Shown here piece by piece: positions 53,066 to 64,000 of a stretch of 64,000 nucleotides of DNA. Numbering within the stretch: the stretch's first letter is position 1; each line of letters begins with the position of its first letter. Origin of the DNA: Botryllus schlosseri (taxonomy: Eukaryota). The notes beneath the pieces were generated by a model. It searched no databases. It was given only the letters and a program-made list of their open reading frames with translations, and was not told the DNA's origin. Location: contig CM119372.1 in the NCBI GenBank assembly GCA_051294905.1, positions 15,874,001 to 15,938,000 on the forward strand. The letters are read 5' to 3'. Made by a program: the position numbers and the translations under genes.

Positions 53066-55012
53066 CAGTGCTTTTCAACCCGTGTGACGGTTCGTACTTG
53101 TGCGAATGAAAAAACTTGCAGTGCGAATGACGAAGGTGGTGCGAATGGTGCGAATGAAAATCCCGGATGAGTGCGAACGAGAATCGTGAATAATAATTGG
53201 TAATTTTTCCCGTGAATAATAATTGGTAATTTTTATGACGTGGAATAATTCAAGTAAACCTAATAGGAAATTCAAGGGCAGTGTAACTGTTGTAGTTTCT
53301 ACACAATTATAAAAACTTGTTTAACTTACGACATACCACTAATCGTAGCTCTCACAAGCAGTAGTGAATTAATATTTTCGCAATATAATTATTATTATTA
53401 CGTAACCAAAAGCCTGCTTTGGAAGCTGGTGTAGTGGCAGACATACAGTATATCAGCCCGTCTGAGCCTGCGACAGGCTGGAAAATGACGTCAAACTGAC
53501 TTTCTGGTTTCTTTTGCTAAACAATCATCATATTTTCATAATAACTGTTCTTTCAGCGCGAGGCACGAGGATAGTAGTAAATACCATCATTACAGACTCG
53601 CATTTGCAATTCACTGTAACGCAAATTTTTACCCCTTCAAGGGTTGTTAAAGTATGGACCGCAAAGGGTAAAATATTGGGTCGGCACGGTGCCAGAGCTA
53701 TCTGTTAATATGTATGTAATATTTGTTGGATTTATTGCGAAAAATCTTGCGATAGTATTTACATATCTAAGATCACGGTGTTGGATACTGTAGACAATAA
53801 GTGAGACACGCAGAAAATACGGCTTTATCTTGAGAATTCATAATAAGATTTGTCCGACTGGTTTTTCTAGAAAACATGGTCGAAGACCGTTGGGATGAAC
53901 TAATGTAGGGACTGGGGACGCATTCATTTCGAGATCAACTCTTTCTGCTGCGTTGGTTTGCATTAAGAGGTAAAATTTTGATCAACAAACCGCTGATAAA
54001 ATGCGGTGCCAAAACAAAAACGTCGACAAAACCTTGGCCAAAAAATGACCGATCCTGGATGGTCAATCCTTTCGATATGGATATGATCCGTTGTCGGCAC
54101 GGCATAGTCCCGTTCTAGCAATCTGAGTTGACAGTAGGACAACTGCGACACGCAGAGGAATTTAATTCATCCCAATTTGAAATCGCGTGCGTCAGACAGG
54201 TATTGTAGAGCGCTGTGCTGGATAGAATTTGGTGTGCGCGCTCTGTAGCCTATTTCCGTAAAATCGTAGTATGCTATACGGTTATTTTAACAATAAAATC
54301 CTTTTAATGGGTGAGGCTGGGGTCGCGAGATGCCACAAAACTCAGATTTTGGTGGTAATCTAAAAAGCTGCTTTAACGTTGTTAAACTGCTATGAAGTCT
54401 CAAGTTAGATTGAGATAATGAGCATAATACACAGTATCGTGAGTTTATTTACTCTTCTTAAATACTCGCGAGACAGAAAATGGGAAATCTAAAAAAAGAA
54501 TACAAAGTTAGATCAACGTATCATAAGGTAGCGAGCTCTAATGTGCCTACTCTCCTTGATCGTTTTGGACCTTATTTTCCAACACAGAAGGCAAAAGCCT
54601 CAACACAAACATGTGAGTTTTTCACCCTTTGGACATACTGGAGCCACCTGGATTTTTCGACAGCTCTCAAAACGATTTCATCCAGCAAGCATTTTTCACT
54701 CGCGAAAAATACGCTGTATTTTGGATAGGAGTGCAGAACAGATTTTAAGACCTGGCCATCCAAGCACTAGTAGACGTTCTTGTGCAAGAGGGCTTTAGTG
54801 AAATAGTTGAATTCAAAACGAGCAAAAAAGTTGCCTTTTTATGAGACACTTGATAGCTTGAGCTACATAGTAGCCAATTTGTTGCTTATCCGAACAAATA
54901 AATGTTGTATCTTCATCTTCTTTTAGTGTAACAATTTTCGGTTAATTTGTGCGAATGAAATTAATTTTACAAAAACAGTGCGAATGAACCTCAAAAAGGT
55001 TGAAAGGCACTG
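53066..55012 (+). mobile_element. Decayed Buster-type hAT transposon with transposase remnants
   Basis: TIR CAGTGCTTTTCAACC; perfect TSD GTCTAAAC; GTGCGAATGA subterminal repeats. Remnants VKVWTAKGKILGR (~53645; cf. VRWLSRGKVL) and TFLC/GFSEIVEFKT (~54775). Confidence 0.85.
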
Positions 55013-56314
55013 GTCTAAACCAATCATTAAAAGTTTTGAAGCAAAGTTTTTTTTCGAAAGTTGTAGACTAGTGTCATCCACTACGCTATACCTCGCCACC
55101 TCTACCGATACGTTTCGTAGAGGTAGTCTCTATGTTTACTACAGCCACTGACTGGGCTGAGCCACTGGATACTGAGGGTGGCTGATTCAGGTAATCTAGG
55201 TAATCGACGCGATCAACAATAAAGATATTAATCGATAACATGACGATCAGTACATACCAAAGCGTTTGTGTTGTGAAGTCACCGTAAATGTCAAGTATCA
55301 AAGTATTGTGTGTTTTACGCTGGTATACCAGTATATTGCTACCTACGGTAATTATTATGAGAATTCGAGACGATGTTTTCAAGGGGTGTTATGATATGAA
55401 CCCCTGAAAGGTACTGCAAGGTTCATGTCAACACGAACTGGTGATGTCACAATGCTTATATCCAGAACTAGTTTTCTGTAATGATACGTGTACAGTATTT
55501 ATATAGAGCAGTGGTTCCCAAACTTTTTCGGTGTCAGGGCCAAATTTAGAATTTCAGAGCACGATCGGGGCCGCACGAATACCAGGGCAATTAAACGGAC
55601 CCAAAATGTCATCAAAATATGATAATTGGCATTGTTCCGATCAATCACTTGACGCCATTGGCCATTGTTATGGTCATTGTGTTGCTGTGCTCCCATTGTT
55701 CAGATGAGTCGACCTTTGGAGACTATTTCGGAGTAGTTTCATTGCCCTGGCGAGATTTCAATTTGCATTTTATTATGCGCAATTTGCAAATTATGCGGAC
55801 GCTTCGGTCGTGAGCTATAGGACTACTAATTATGCCGCTTTCGGGGCGATTTAGTGAGTCAGGTTTTATCGCCTAGACGCGCGAAGCACGAAAATTTTCT
55901 GTAATTCCTGATTGAATCGGTCAATATGATCGGGAATTGCATATATATTGTCATCAATTTTTATCCTCTCTCTGCTCACGTAATCAGTTTTACAGGTAGA
56001 GCCGAGGGAAGTGTGTTTGAAAAGGTAGGGCCCCTCAATAATAATTAAACATCTTCGGGCGTATATACCCGTTGGCAGGAACGAATAAGCACTTGGTCAG
56101 CCCACCCCCCCCCTCAAAAATAGTAAATTGGGTCTTGGGCTCCCTGATAAACTTATCCCTATCACATTGTTCGCTTTTGCCACGAAACTAGTTGTACTGT
56201 TAATTGAGCCAGCGCGAGGCGCAAATATTTTCGATAATTCATGATAAAATCTGTCAATATGATCGGGAATTGCATATATATTGCTATCAAATTCTTGTCC
56301 TCGCTGCTCACGTA

Positions 56315-58699
56315 CCGTAATTTTCCATGTATAATGCGCAAATTTCGCCGATTTTTCGCCCTAAAATAGGGGGGTGCGTATTATACATGGGTACAGCAAG
56401 CCTTGATTTAATCTCCCTCGATCAAAAACTTGAAATCACACCTTTCTTCATGTTTGTTTCCAATCACGCATCACCTCTAGCCATCGTGCCCCGTAACTCA
56501 TATTACAGAGTGTAACGCGCTGCCAAATATAGAAGCGCGCTGCCAATTAACAAAAAGCGTGTTGCCAATTAACGAGAGTCGTCTGCACTGCAGGCGATCT
56601 CTTGCTGAGTTAGTTTGCCGTTTGTACGCGAGCGAAATTAGGTCGCTGGTTGCTACAAGCGTGTGAAGCAATCCTTGCTGATTCACTGCGTCAACGACAG
56701 GCCTTAACAATCGCATACACATGTGCGCAAGATATAATCGCTTGCGTAATCAGTCGCATATCCAACAGGACTGGTGCGCCCGACGCAACCGTTGGCCTAA
56801 GCCAGTGGTTCTTAACCTTGCCCCCAGCGCCCCCCAGGGGGCGCTGGCGATGTTGAAGGGGGGCGGAAACGCTCAGGGGGCGATATGGGGGGCGCTGGGC
56901 TCAGGGGGGCGGTATGGGGGGCGCTGGAGAAAAATGGCTTCGCAGTAGATGATTAGGTGATAGGACATATCCTAAATGAGTATTCGGAGCAAATTCACAC
57001 CGAAAACTTCGTTACATATAGCCTTCAAAATACATATAGGTTTAATTGTCCATGGGCGCCTAAATGACTGACACCGAATGTTCCTGTCTTGGCAATCTGA
57101 ACCCCAGAAGACGAATTCCATCTGGCAGGGAAAAATTATATGTCAGTGAAGAAATACCAATCTGAAATCGTGTGCGTCTTTTAGTTTAGTACGATTGGGC
57201 GACAGGGACATTTCTGTTGGGCGATATCCCCGTTGAGCGATTCTATATTTTTTGATATTGCAGACAGGGGGTCACGAAATAACATCATGCAACGAGGTCA
57301 TACCAACGGGTTCGCCCGCCCGAATATGTTTAATTATTGGTAACGGGCCCTACAGTTTCCAAGAAACTTCACAATGTTCGCTTTAAGTTTTGATGAGTCT
57401 GCGCACACTCAACAACTCACTGCGCTGACCCTTGGACAACAGTGCGTAACGACTAAAAAAAGGTAATAACTCCGGATTTGTTGTGCGCAACGTAGATTTT
57501 CTGTGCGCAGAGACCGTGTCAGCACTGCCCACGTGCGCAGCTTAGAGGGACCATTGCACCTAACTCAGCTCTACCGGTAAATGTGTTTACGTGAGCAAAG
57601 AGAGGATAAAAATTGATCTCAATTTACATGCAATTCCCGATGATATTGACCAATTCAATCATTAATTAGTGAAATTTTTCGCACTTCGCGCGACTAGGCG
57701 AGAATAGCTCCCTCAGTAAATGGACACCCAATGTAGATACCTAATAGGCTATCAGCAACTAGCGGACAGCCTAATGGGGGTCTGGGAGCGAAGTCCCCCG
57801 GAAGTTTGGTTTATCACCCGATGGGGGCCCAGGACCAACGTTTTATGTTTGGGGAGGGGGGCTGACGACGTGCTGTTACGGCCCTGGTAACGAATATTTG
57901 TACCTGCGGGAACGCCCGAATATGTTTAATTATTAATTACGTGCCCCTTATTTTCCTATAGAACAGCTCACTCAGTGTTACTGGTAAATCTGATTACGTG
58001 GGCTGAGAGGATAAAAAGTTTATAGCGACTTATAAATGTAATTACCATGCATTATGGAAAATATGCAATTACCATGCATTATAGCAAATTTTGGTACCTA
58101 GGGCGACCAGGCCACACAAACTTTGCTGACCACCAAAATCACGATATGGGGTTCGTGGGGGCGAAGCCCTCAGAAGTTCGGTTTATCACGCTATGGGTGC
58201 GCAAGGCAATCGTTTTTACGGGGGTTGACGAAGTGCTGTTACGGCCCTCCCTCTTACTCACTGTCTTTATTACATTCCTTACAATATGAAGTTGAGGGGG
58301 GCGCTGGAGCACAATAATTTTTGAAAGGGGGCGCTGGACGAAAAAAGGTTAAGAACCACTGGCCTAAGCAATCGCATCTGTAATTGTAATAGGCCTCGTG
58401 CGCAAGATGTCGTGTGTCGCTAGCCTGAACTATCGCGTCGCCGGCCTCGCAGGCTTAGGCTACTATCTATTCTCGTTTAGAGACAATGTCGTTAATTGTA
58501 TTATGATTAGCGATGGTTATGTCATGATAGTTCGACAGTGACATCGCAAAACAGAACAACATCGTATACTAAAACACGACTATTCATGTACTGCGAATGC
58601 AGGGTGCGTACTATGGGTACAGGCTTTTCCCCAGAATTTACACGCCATTTTAAGGATGCGTATTATACATGGGGGCGCACTATATTCGGAAAATTACGG
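56315..58699. mobile_element. Tc1/mariner(pogo)-like MITE
   Basis: TA|CCGTAATTTTCC...GGAAAATTACGG|TA; the flanks rejoin into the family-D module sequence. Confidence 0.82.
56803..58361 (+). mobile_element. hAT MITE family D, copy 2
   Basis: TIR CAGTGGTTCTTAACCTT; perfect TSD GCCTAAGC. Confidence 0.92.
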
Positions 58700-59871
58700 T
58701 AATCAGATTTACCGGTAGAGCTGAGTGAGGTGTCTTGGAAACTGTAGGGCCCATTAGTATAATTCCGTAACATGTTATTTCGTGACCTCCTGTCTGCTAT
58801 ATCAAAAAATATAAAATCGCACAAACGTAGGAAAAAATATAAAATCGCCCAAACGTAGGCTTTTAAACTAAGAGACGCACAAGATTTCAAATTGGTATTT
58901 CCTCACTGGAATATGATTTTTCCCTGCGGGATGGTATTTGTCTCGTGAGGGTAAGATTGCCAAGACAGTATTTCGTATAGGCTATCTAACGACGTTTTCG
59001 GTCAACATAAGGGCAGTCCTGTTCGGCCAAGGTTTTCTCGCTTGGTGCGTGGTGGCGCGGTAAAGGCTAACGCCGATATGCCCAATGCCCATTTCTATAA
59101 ATCTTGCGCATTTTTTCTTGGGGATGATGAGTACCCAAAAATGAAGATATTTGGCAGCATGAAATCACGCCTACAGAAAATAAAAATTGAAAAAGATGCT
59201 AAATTTTCCAAAAAATACTCTAATTTATGCTATTTCACGAAATAATTTTGAGCCCCGTTCGAGCTCGCCCCCTCTTCATTGGGAGTTTGGCGAGCGGCAG
59301 TTATAGTCCTGTCTTTACCTATATCTATAGCTACTGCTCGTTTAACTGGACGTAACGACAGCAGTCTACTCAAGACTTTCCAGCAATATTAATTAAAAAC
59401 TCCCGACTCCAAGCCAAGCTAGTGTACTTTATAAATATAAATTTAAGTTTTTGTCGTAACTCGATTTCTTAATATTGTTTGGGGCCCGCAAGAAGGCTAG
59501 CTGGGGGCCGCGCTTGGGAATCACTGATATAGAATATATATTGTATGTGTGCGTATGTGTAAAACATACGAGGGAAAAAGTTGTTTTCGGAAACACCATA
59601 ACAGCAGATTGCCATTGCGTCGTTTTTCCACATTCACTTCAATCAAATTATGGATTGTGAACCCTGGGTTCGTTAATTGCCCCTGACTAAATTTATGTAC
59701 GCCCAAGTACGTACGTACAAGTACGAAATATATATACATAGCTCAACATTGCATCAGGTAGACCTGCAATGTTCCTCAATCCTCCGGTTTATCGTGGCGG
59801 CTTCCCAATAAATCTCCAGAGATAGCATTGCGAGCTCAGGAATAATATCGCACGACACAGCATAAATATCA

Positions 59872-61109
59872 CTGGACGCCAACAAATGGTTGCGATCTCA
59901 GACACCTTGTCCTCTCCTCACCCGGTGACCTGTGGTGTGCCCCAGGGCTCAGTACTTGGACCGGTCCTTTTAACCTTATATGTAAAAGACATTTTTGAAA
60001 CCTCCTCATTGAACACCACACTGTTCGCTGATGATACTCACCTCCTCTCTTCCGCATCTTCGACGGCAGAGCTGGATGCCCTGACTGGTGACCAAATGCC
60101 CAAAGTCCATGAGTGGACGGCCCAGAACAACCTTTGCATAAACGCCTCGAAATCGCAATTGCTGACAGTCAATTCAAAAAATAACCTAACCGTTAATATC
60201 GCTGGTCAGCCCGTTTCCAACACAGATAATGCCAAATATCTCGGAGTTTTACTGGACTCGAACATGTCCTGGAAGAGTCATATTCAGTCCCTAGAAACTA
60301 AATTATCACCGAAGTGCGTCCTGTTCTACAGCCTTTGGCGCTTCATGCCAGCATGGGTTCTCCTGATACTCTTTAAATCCTTAATCCAATCGAAGTTACA
60401 TTATGGCATCCTCTGTTGGGGGGCTACCAGTAAAACTGCACTCAAGCCACTGCAGAAACTACAGCATAAAGTGCTCCGAATCATAGCTAGGGCCCCAAAG
60501 GGGCCTGGCTGCCCATTCAATAAGTCGCTGCTGAAGAGATTCGGCGTCCTAAACATAGAAGATATGCGGAAACTAGAAATCGCCAAGTTTATGTATCAGT
60601 TTCACTGCGGTCGTTGCCCCGAATATTTCAATGACTTCTTTACCTCTGAATCAAAAGCGCACAAGTACAACACACGCGCGTCCACGTCGTCCAAATATCA
60701 TATGATCGACCGAAAAGATCATCGCTCCATCAAATATGCCGGACCTGATGTGTGGAACAGTATCCCGCCGGCCATCCGACAGTCGACGAGCATGTCCACA
60801 TTCAAGTCGAAATACAAGCAATTACTACTAAATAAATACAGTCCATCCTCAAGATTACCGGACCACGACTGACCTATCGATCTCGCTTCTCATGACATGC
60901 CGCCCTATTTCTTGTCGCTTTCTTTTTCTATACTGTATTCTTTACTTTCATTCAGTGTGCATGCCTCCTCTTTACTACGCCTAGGCCAAGGTGGGTGTCC
61001 GATTCCATTGACAAATCCAAGTCGCTTCGACATCTTCCTGTCTATTCATTGTATCGCATTTTTTGTGGTGTATTGAACTGATAAAATTGCTAATAAACCA
61101 ATGATGATG
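59872..61109 (+). mobile_element. 5'-truncated LINE (CR1/L2 group) including 3' UTR
   Basis: RT ORF followed by a pyrimidine-rich 3' UTR, AATAAA at 61092-61097 and a short (TGA)n tail. Possible 6-bp TSD ATATCA at 59866-59871 and 61110-61115. Confidence 0.85.
59886..60872 (+). CDS. Reverse transcriptase C-terminal part (ORF2) of a 5'-truncated CR1/L2-group non-LTR retrotransposon
   Basis: Uninterrupted 328-aa ORF with GVPQGSVLGP, FADD and KYLG motifs and the C-terminal EIAKFMYQF...H.YNTR...GP.VWNSIP block. Confidence 0.93.
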   Translation: MVAISDTLSSPHPVTCGVPQGSVLGPVLLTLYVKDIFETSSLNTTLFADDTHLLSSASSTAELDALTGDQMPKVHEWTAQNNLCINASKSQLLTVNSKNNLTVNIAGQPVSNTDNAKYLGVLLDSNMSWKSHIQSLETKLSPKCVLFYSLWRFMPAWVLLILFKSLIQSKLHYGILCWGATSKTALKPLQKLQHKVLRIIARAPKGPGCPFNKSLLKRFGVLNIEDMRKLEIAKFMYQFHCGRCPEYFNDFFTSESKAHKYNTRASTSSKYHMIDRKDHRSIKYAGPDVWNSIPPAIRQSTSMSTFKSKYKQLLLNKYSPSSRLPDHD

Positions 61110-63251
61110 ATATCATAGACGGTTGTATCGCACTATTCCACTGTTGGCAGAGCGCAAAACGCATTTCCAATGATCTCGCTCCAGCCCTTTCCCGACCAAG
61201 CATGAATCACTGACGAACACTAATCAATTAATCATCGTTTTATCCACAAATTGAGGATAGTTATATTTTAAGCAAATATCTTGAGATTATATAGGTACAA
61301 TTTTTGACGACACAAGGTTCATCTCAGTTTTGTGTTGAATTTATTTTTTACTGCTTCTTCTAGTGATAGTAAGGTGCTATTGAGATAATTTTGATCCCAG
61401 ATGTTCAGATTGCCTGAACTTGCTTTCATTCACAGATTTAGAGAGTATAGTTCCTAATCAGGTTAGTTTGCGAATCACTGCTATAGGAAATCAACGATAA
61501 ATATTGTTTCCACACTTTCCTGCCACCCCAACCTTGTCATGCTTCTGTAGTCGAATACCAAGTTGCAGTGCTTCGGTACCAACCCGAGTCACTGCTTCAT
61601 GGACTCGTATGGAACCTCAAATCGCGAAAGGTGTAAACATCTCAATGTGTAGCGAGCATGGATACTCCATGGACTGTATAACCGGCGGATTTCGTTATAT
61701 TGGGCTGGATCCGGATTCATACCTTTGCTGGTAAGTCCGGAACCGGATCGGAGTCGGATTTGCACTCTTCCCGATACAAACGGGGTACTTGCAGGGAGTG
61801 ATGTGCCGGATTTTGTCGGATCCTATCGGATCCTGGGTGGATTTGGGACGTATTGTTCTATTTGTGTCCGGAACCGAACTGGAGTCCGATTCATAATTTT
61901 TCGTAGATTCAAAAGGCATATCAAACATGGCATAAGACCAGAGGTGATCAAACTAGTCATCGTCGGTATTCAAGTAAAATTAGAAGTAGGCCTAGTATGT
62001 TACAAGTTAGTAAAAAAGTAATTATTCTATGCCTAGTGTTGCTTAAAAAACTGAAACTGTAAAGTAGATCTAGAAAATGTCTGAAATCATAACCGCACTT
62101 CTGACCACACTGACCACCTCTGCATATAACCTTCCAAGGTAATATCTTATTCCTCCATATCTTTACGATTTTCTATACGCACTCTGCACAGATGCTTGAC
62201 TTACAGAGCATAAAAAAAGGTAACAGTTACAAGCATTCATTAGCAGTTACTCTCAAATAATAGATATTATCTGATCAATGCAAGGTCACGTCAAAATCCA
62301 GCATCGGGGTATGGACGGTACGTCACAATTATGACATTTAAAATTGTAAAATAATTTGGATTATACTGCCATTGTTCAAAATTGAAATTTACACCACAAA
62401 TAAGCTCATTTCCAGTTCAGCAAAGATCATTTCGCCCTGGCAGCCTCGCGCTCTTTAAAGTGCTTTCACGCCCCCAGTTTGAGAACCGCCGTTGTAAAGG
62501 TATCGAAATGATGTACCCGGTCAACATACTTTGATACTATGCTGCATTAGATATCTCTGCTCCGCGAGTAGTTGGTTCTCTCCAGTGTTGGGATCGGGTC
62601 GTTAGTCATTTCGAGTCATTGCACATTTGACTCCAGTCGCGTAGAGTTAATCGATTTCCGAAGTTGACTCGAGTCAACTCTTCTAGTAACAAACAATAGA
62701 GTTAACAAAAGTACGATGATTGGCGCTGCAATACAGTTATAAACCTTTAAAATAGTTGCTCTAACTACGATCTAAGCTGCCATATTTCTATGGTCCTTTT
62801 GTTTTAGTCATAATTTGGCGTTAGCGCCGGGTTGGGTATGCGCTACGATTAATACAGAGACACCCCTGGTTTAAACATGTTTTTAAAAAAAGTGTTTTAA
62901 AACCCCGTTTGTTTTAAATGCAACCCTAGTTGTGACTCTTTCAAAGCTAAGATTTTGGATATGCGGCTCTCTCTTGAAGCAGGTTTGCCCACCCCTGCTA
63001 TATAACGACACATATTTTTTATTCAATACCGTCCATGGGTGGACTTTTTTCAATTCAGTTACAAAATTTATAGAGTGAAGCCGATGATACCATGGCCAAA
63101 TCAAGCGAAATAGTTGGACTAACTAATCATGCCACAACTGAAATGCGACCACATATAGAGACTCTGTCTGTAATAACTACCCGCGATGTTTTATCGCTAT
63201 AACGAACTCTTTGGGAGTCAAATATCGACTTGCGTGCAATTTATATGTAGA

Positions 63252-63430
63252 CAATGTTCCCTCTAAGCTGAGCAAGGGCGCAAATGCGCAGTGCTGACGC
63301 GGTCTCTGCGCACGAAAAATCCGAAGTGATGACCATTTTTTTAGTCGTTACGCACTGTTGTCCGCTGACTGGGTCCACGCAGTGAGTTGGGGAGTGTGCG
63401 CAGACACGTCAACAATTAGAGGCAACATGG
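63252..63430 (-). mobile_element. Mini-MITE family F, reversed copy
   Basis: TIR CAATGTTCCCTCTAA; TSD TATGTAGA/TATGTAGT. Confidence 0.8.
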
Positions 63431-64000
63431 TATGTAGTCTACACTCAAATCTGGAATTTTTCCCCTAAATCGAAACATGATGATTTTACGGCAACATTTC
63501 ATTTATTACATAATATATTTTTTGACGGTTGCGACCAAAATTCTACTTGGGCTTGCAGCATCTTAGATGATATTTCACAGCAAGAAAAGCTGGAGCATCC
63601 GAGTTTTTTTAGTGCCAGTCATATAGATCCCCAGGTCTTGTGCCTTTGGAGCCACCGGGTAGGAGACCGTTGATAATTTTAAATATTTATAAATATGTTT
63701 TGCAAGGGCGTATATTCACGTATGTCTATCAGCGGTAAGTAGAGCTTGTATCAAAGTTTTATGCCAGCAAACGATCTGCTGTTAACGGCTCAAGATTTGC
63801 GGACAGAGATCATTATGAAATTTTTGATTCAATGGTACCACATCTCCCCTAACCAGGCATTGTCCCATTTACATGCGGCAATATAGCCGATATACCTTGT
63901 ACTTGCATCTGGCTGTTTCGGTTCCTGTATTGTATATATTTAACCTTGACTTGTAGTAAATCGTACTGGAGTCTCTAATAATAATCATCAGGAAGTACGT

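Larger units (their letters stand above)
55509..59526 (-). mobile_element. hAT element carrying family-D-like internal modules in reverse orientation, with two nested insertions
   Basis: CAGTGGTTCCCAA...TTGGGAATCACTG; TSD ATATAGAG/ATATAGAA. Confidence 0.8.

Noticed and set aside
55258..55342. Minus-strand exon candidate GSNILVYQRKTHNTLILDIYGDFTTQTLW
   Set aside because: Plausible splice sites but no compatible partner exons found.
557..63104. Remaining 60-150 aa ORFs in the supplied track
   Set aside because: Mostly inside MITEs or with non-ATG starts, with no recognisable domains; expected by chance.

Overview
AT-rich eukaryotic genomic DNA. It looks like a marine invertebrate, possibly an ascidian; this is inferred from repeat style only. 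There are no prokaryotic operons, rRNA, true tRNA genes or CRISPR arrays. Much of the window is short non-autonomous DNA transposons, often nested three deep. Most are hAT elements with readable 8-bp TSDs; there is also a MULE-like element (9-bp TSD), a Tc1/mariner-like element (TA TSD) and a Chapaev3-like element (TAA TSD). Other repeats are three tRNA-derived SINE copies, two 5'-truncated CR1/L2-group LINEs and several fossil transposases. Almost all short ORFs in the supplied track are noise. Splice-aware reading of the unique DNA between repeats gives three candidate intron-containing genes for small secreted proteins that the ORF track misses. Gene A (+, 10322-19017) and gene C (+, 36860-40558) share exon architecture and short motifs and may be divergent paralogues. 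Gene B (-, 42299-41447) encodes an 84-aa precursor of a strongly cationic 5-Cys peptide. I do not recognise any of the three. All gene models are manual and need RNA-seq support.
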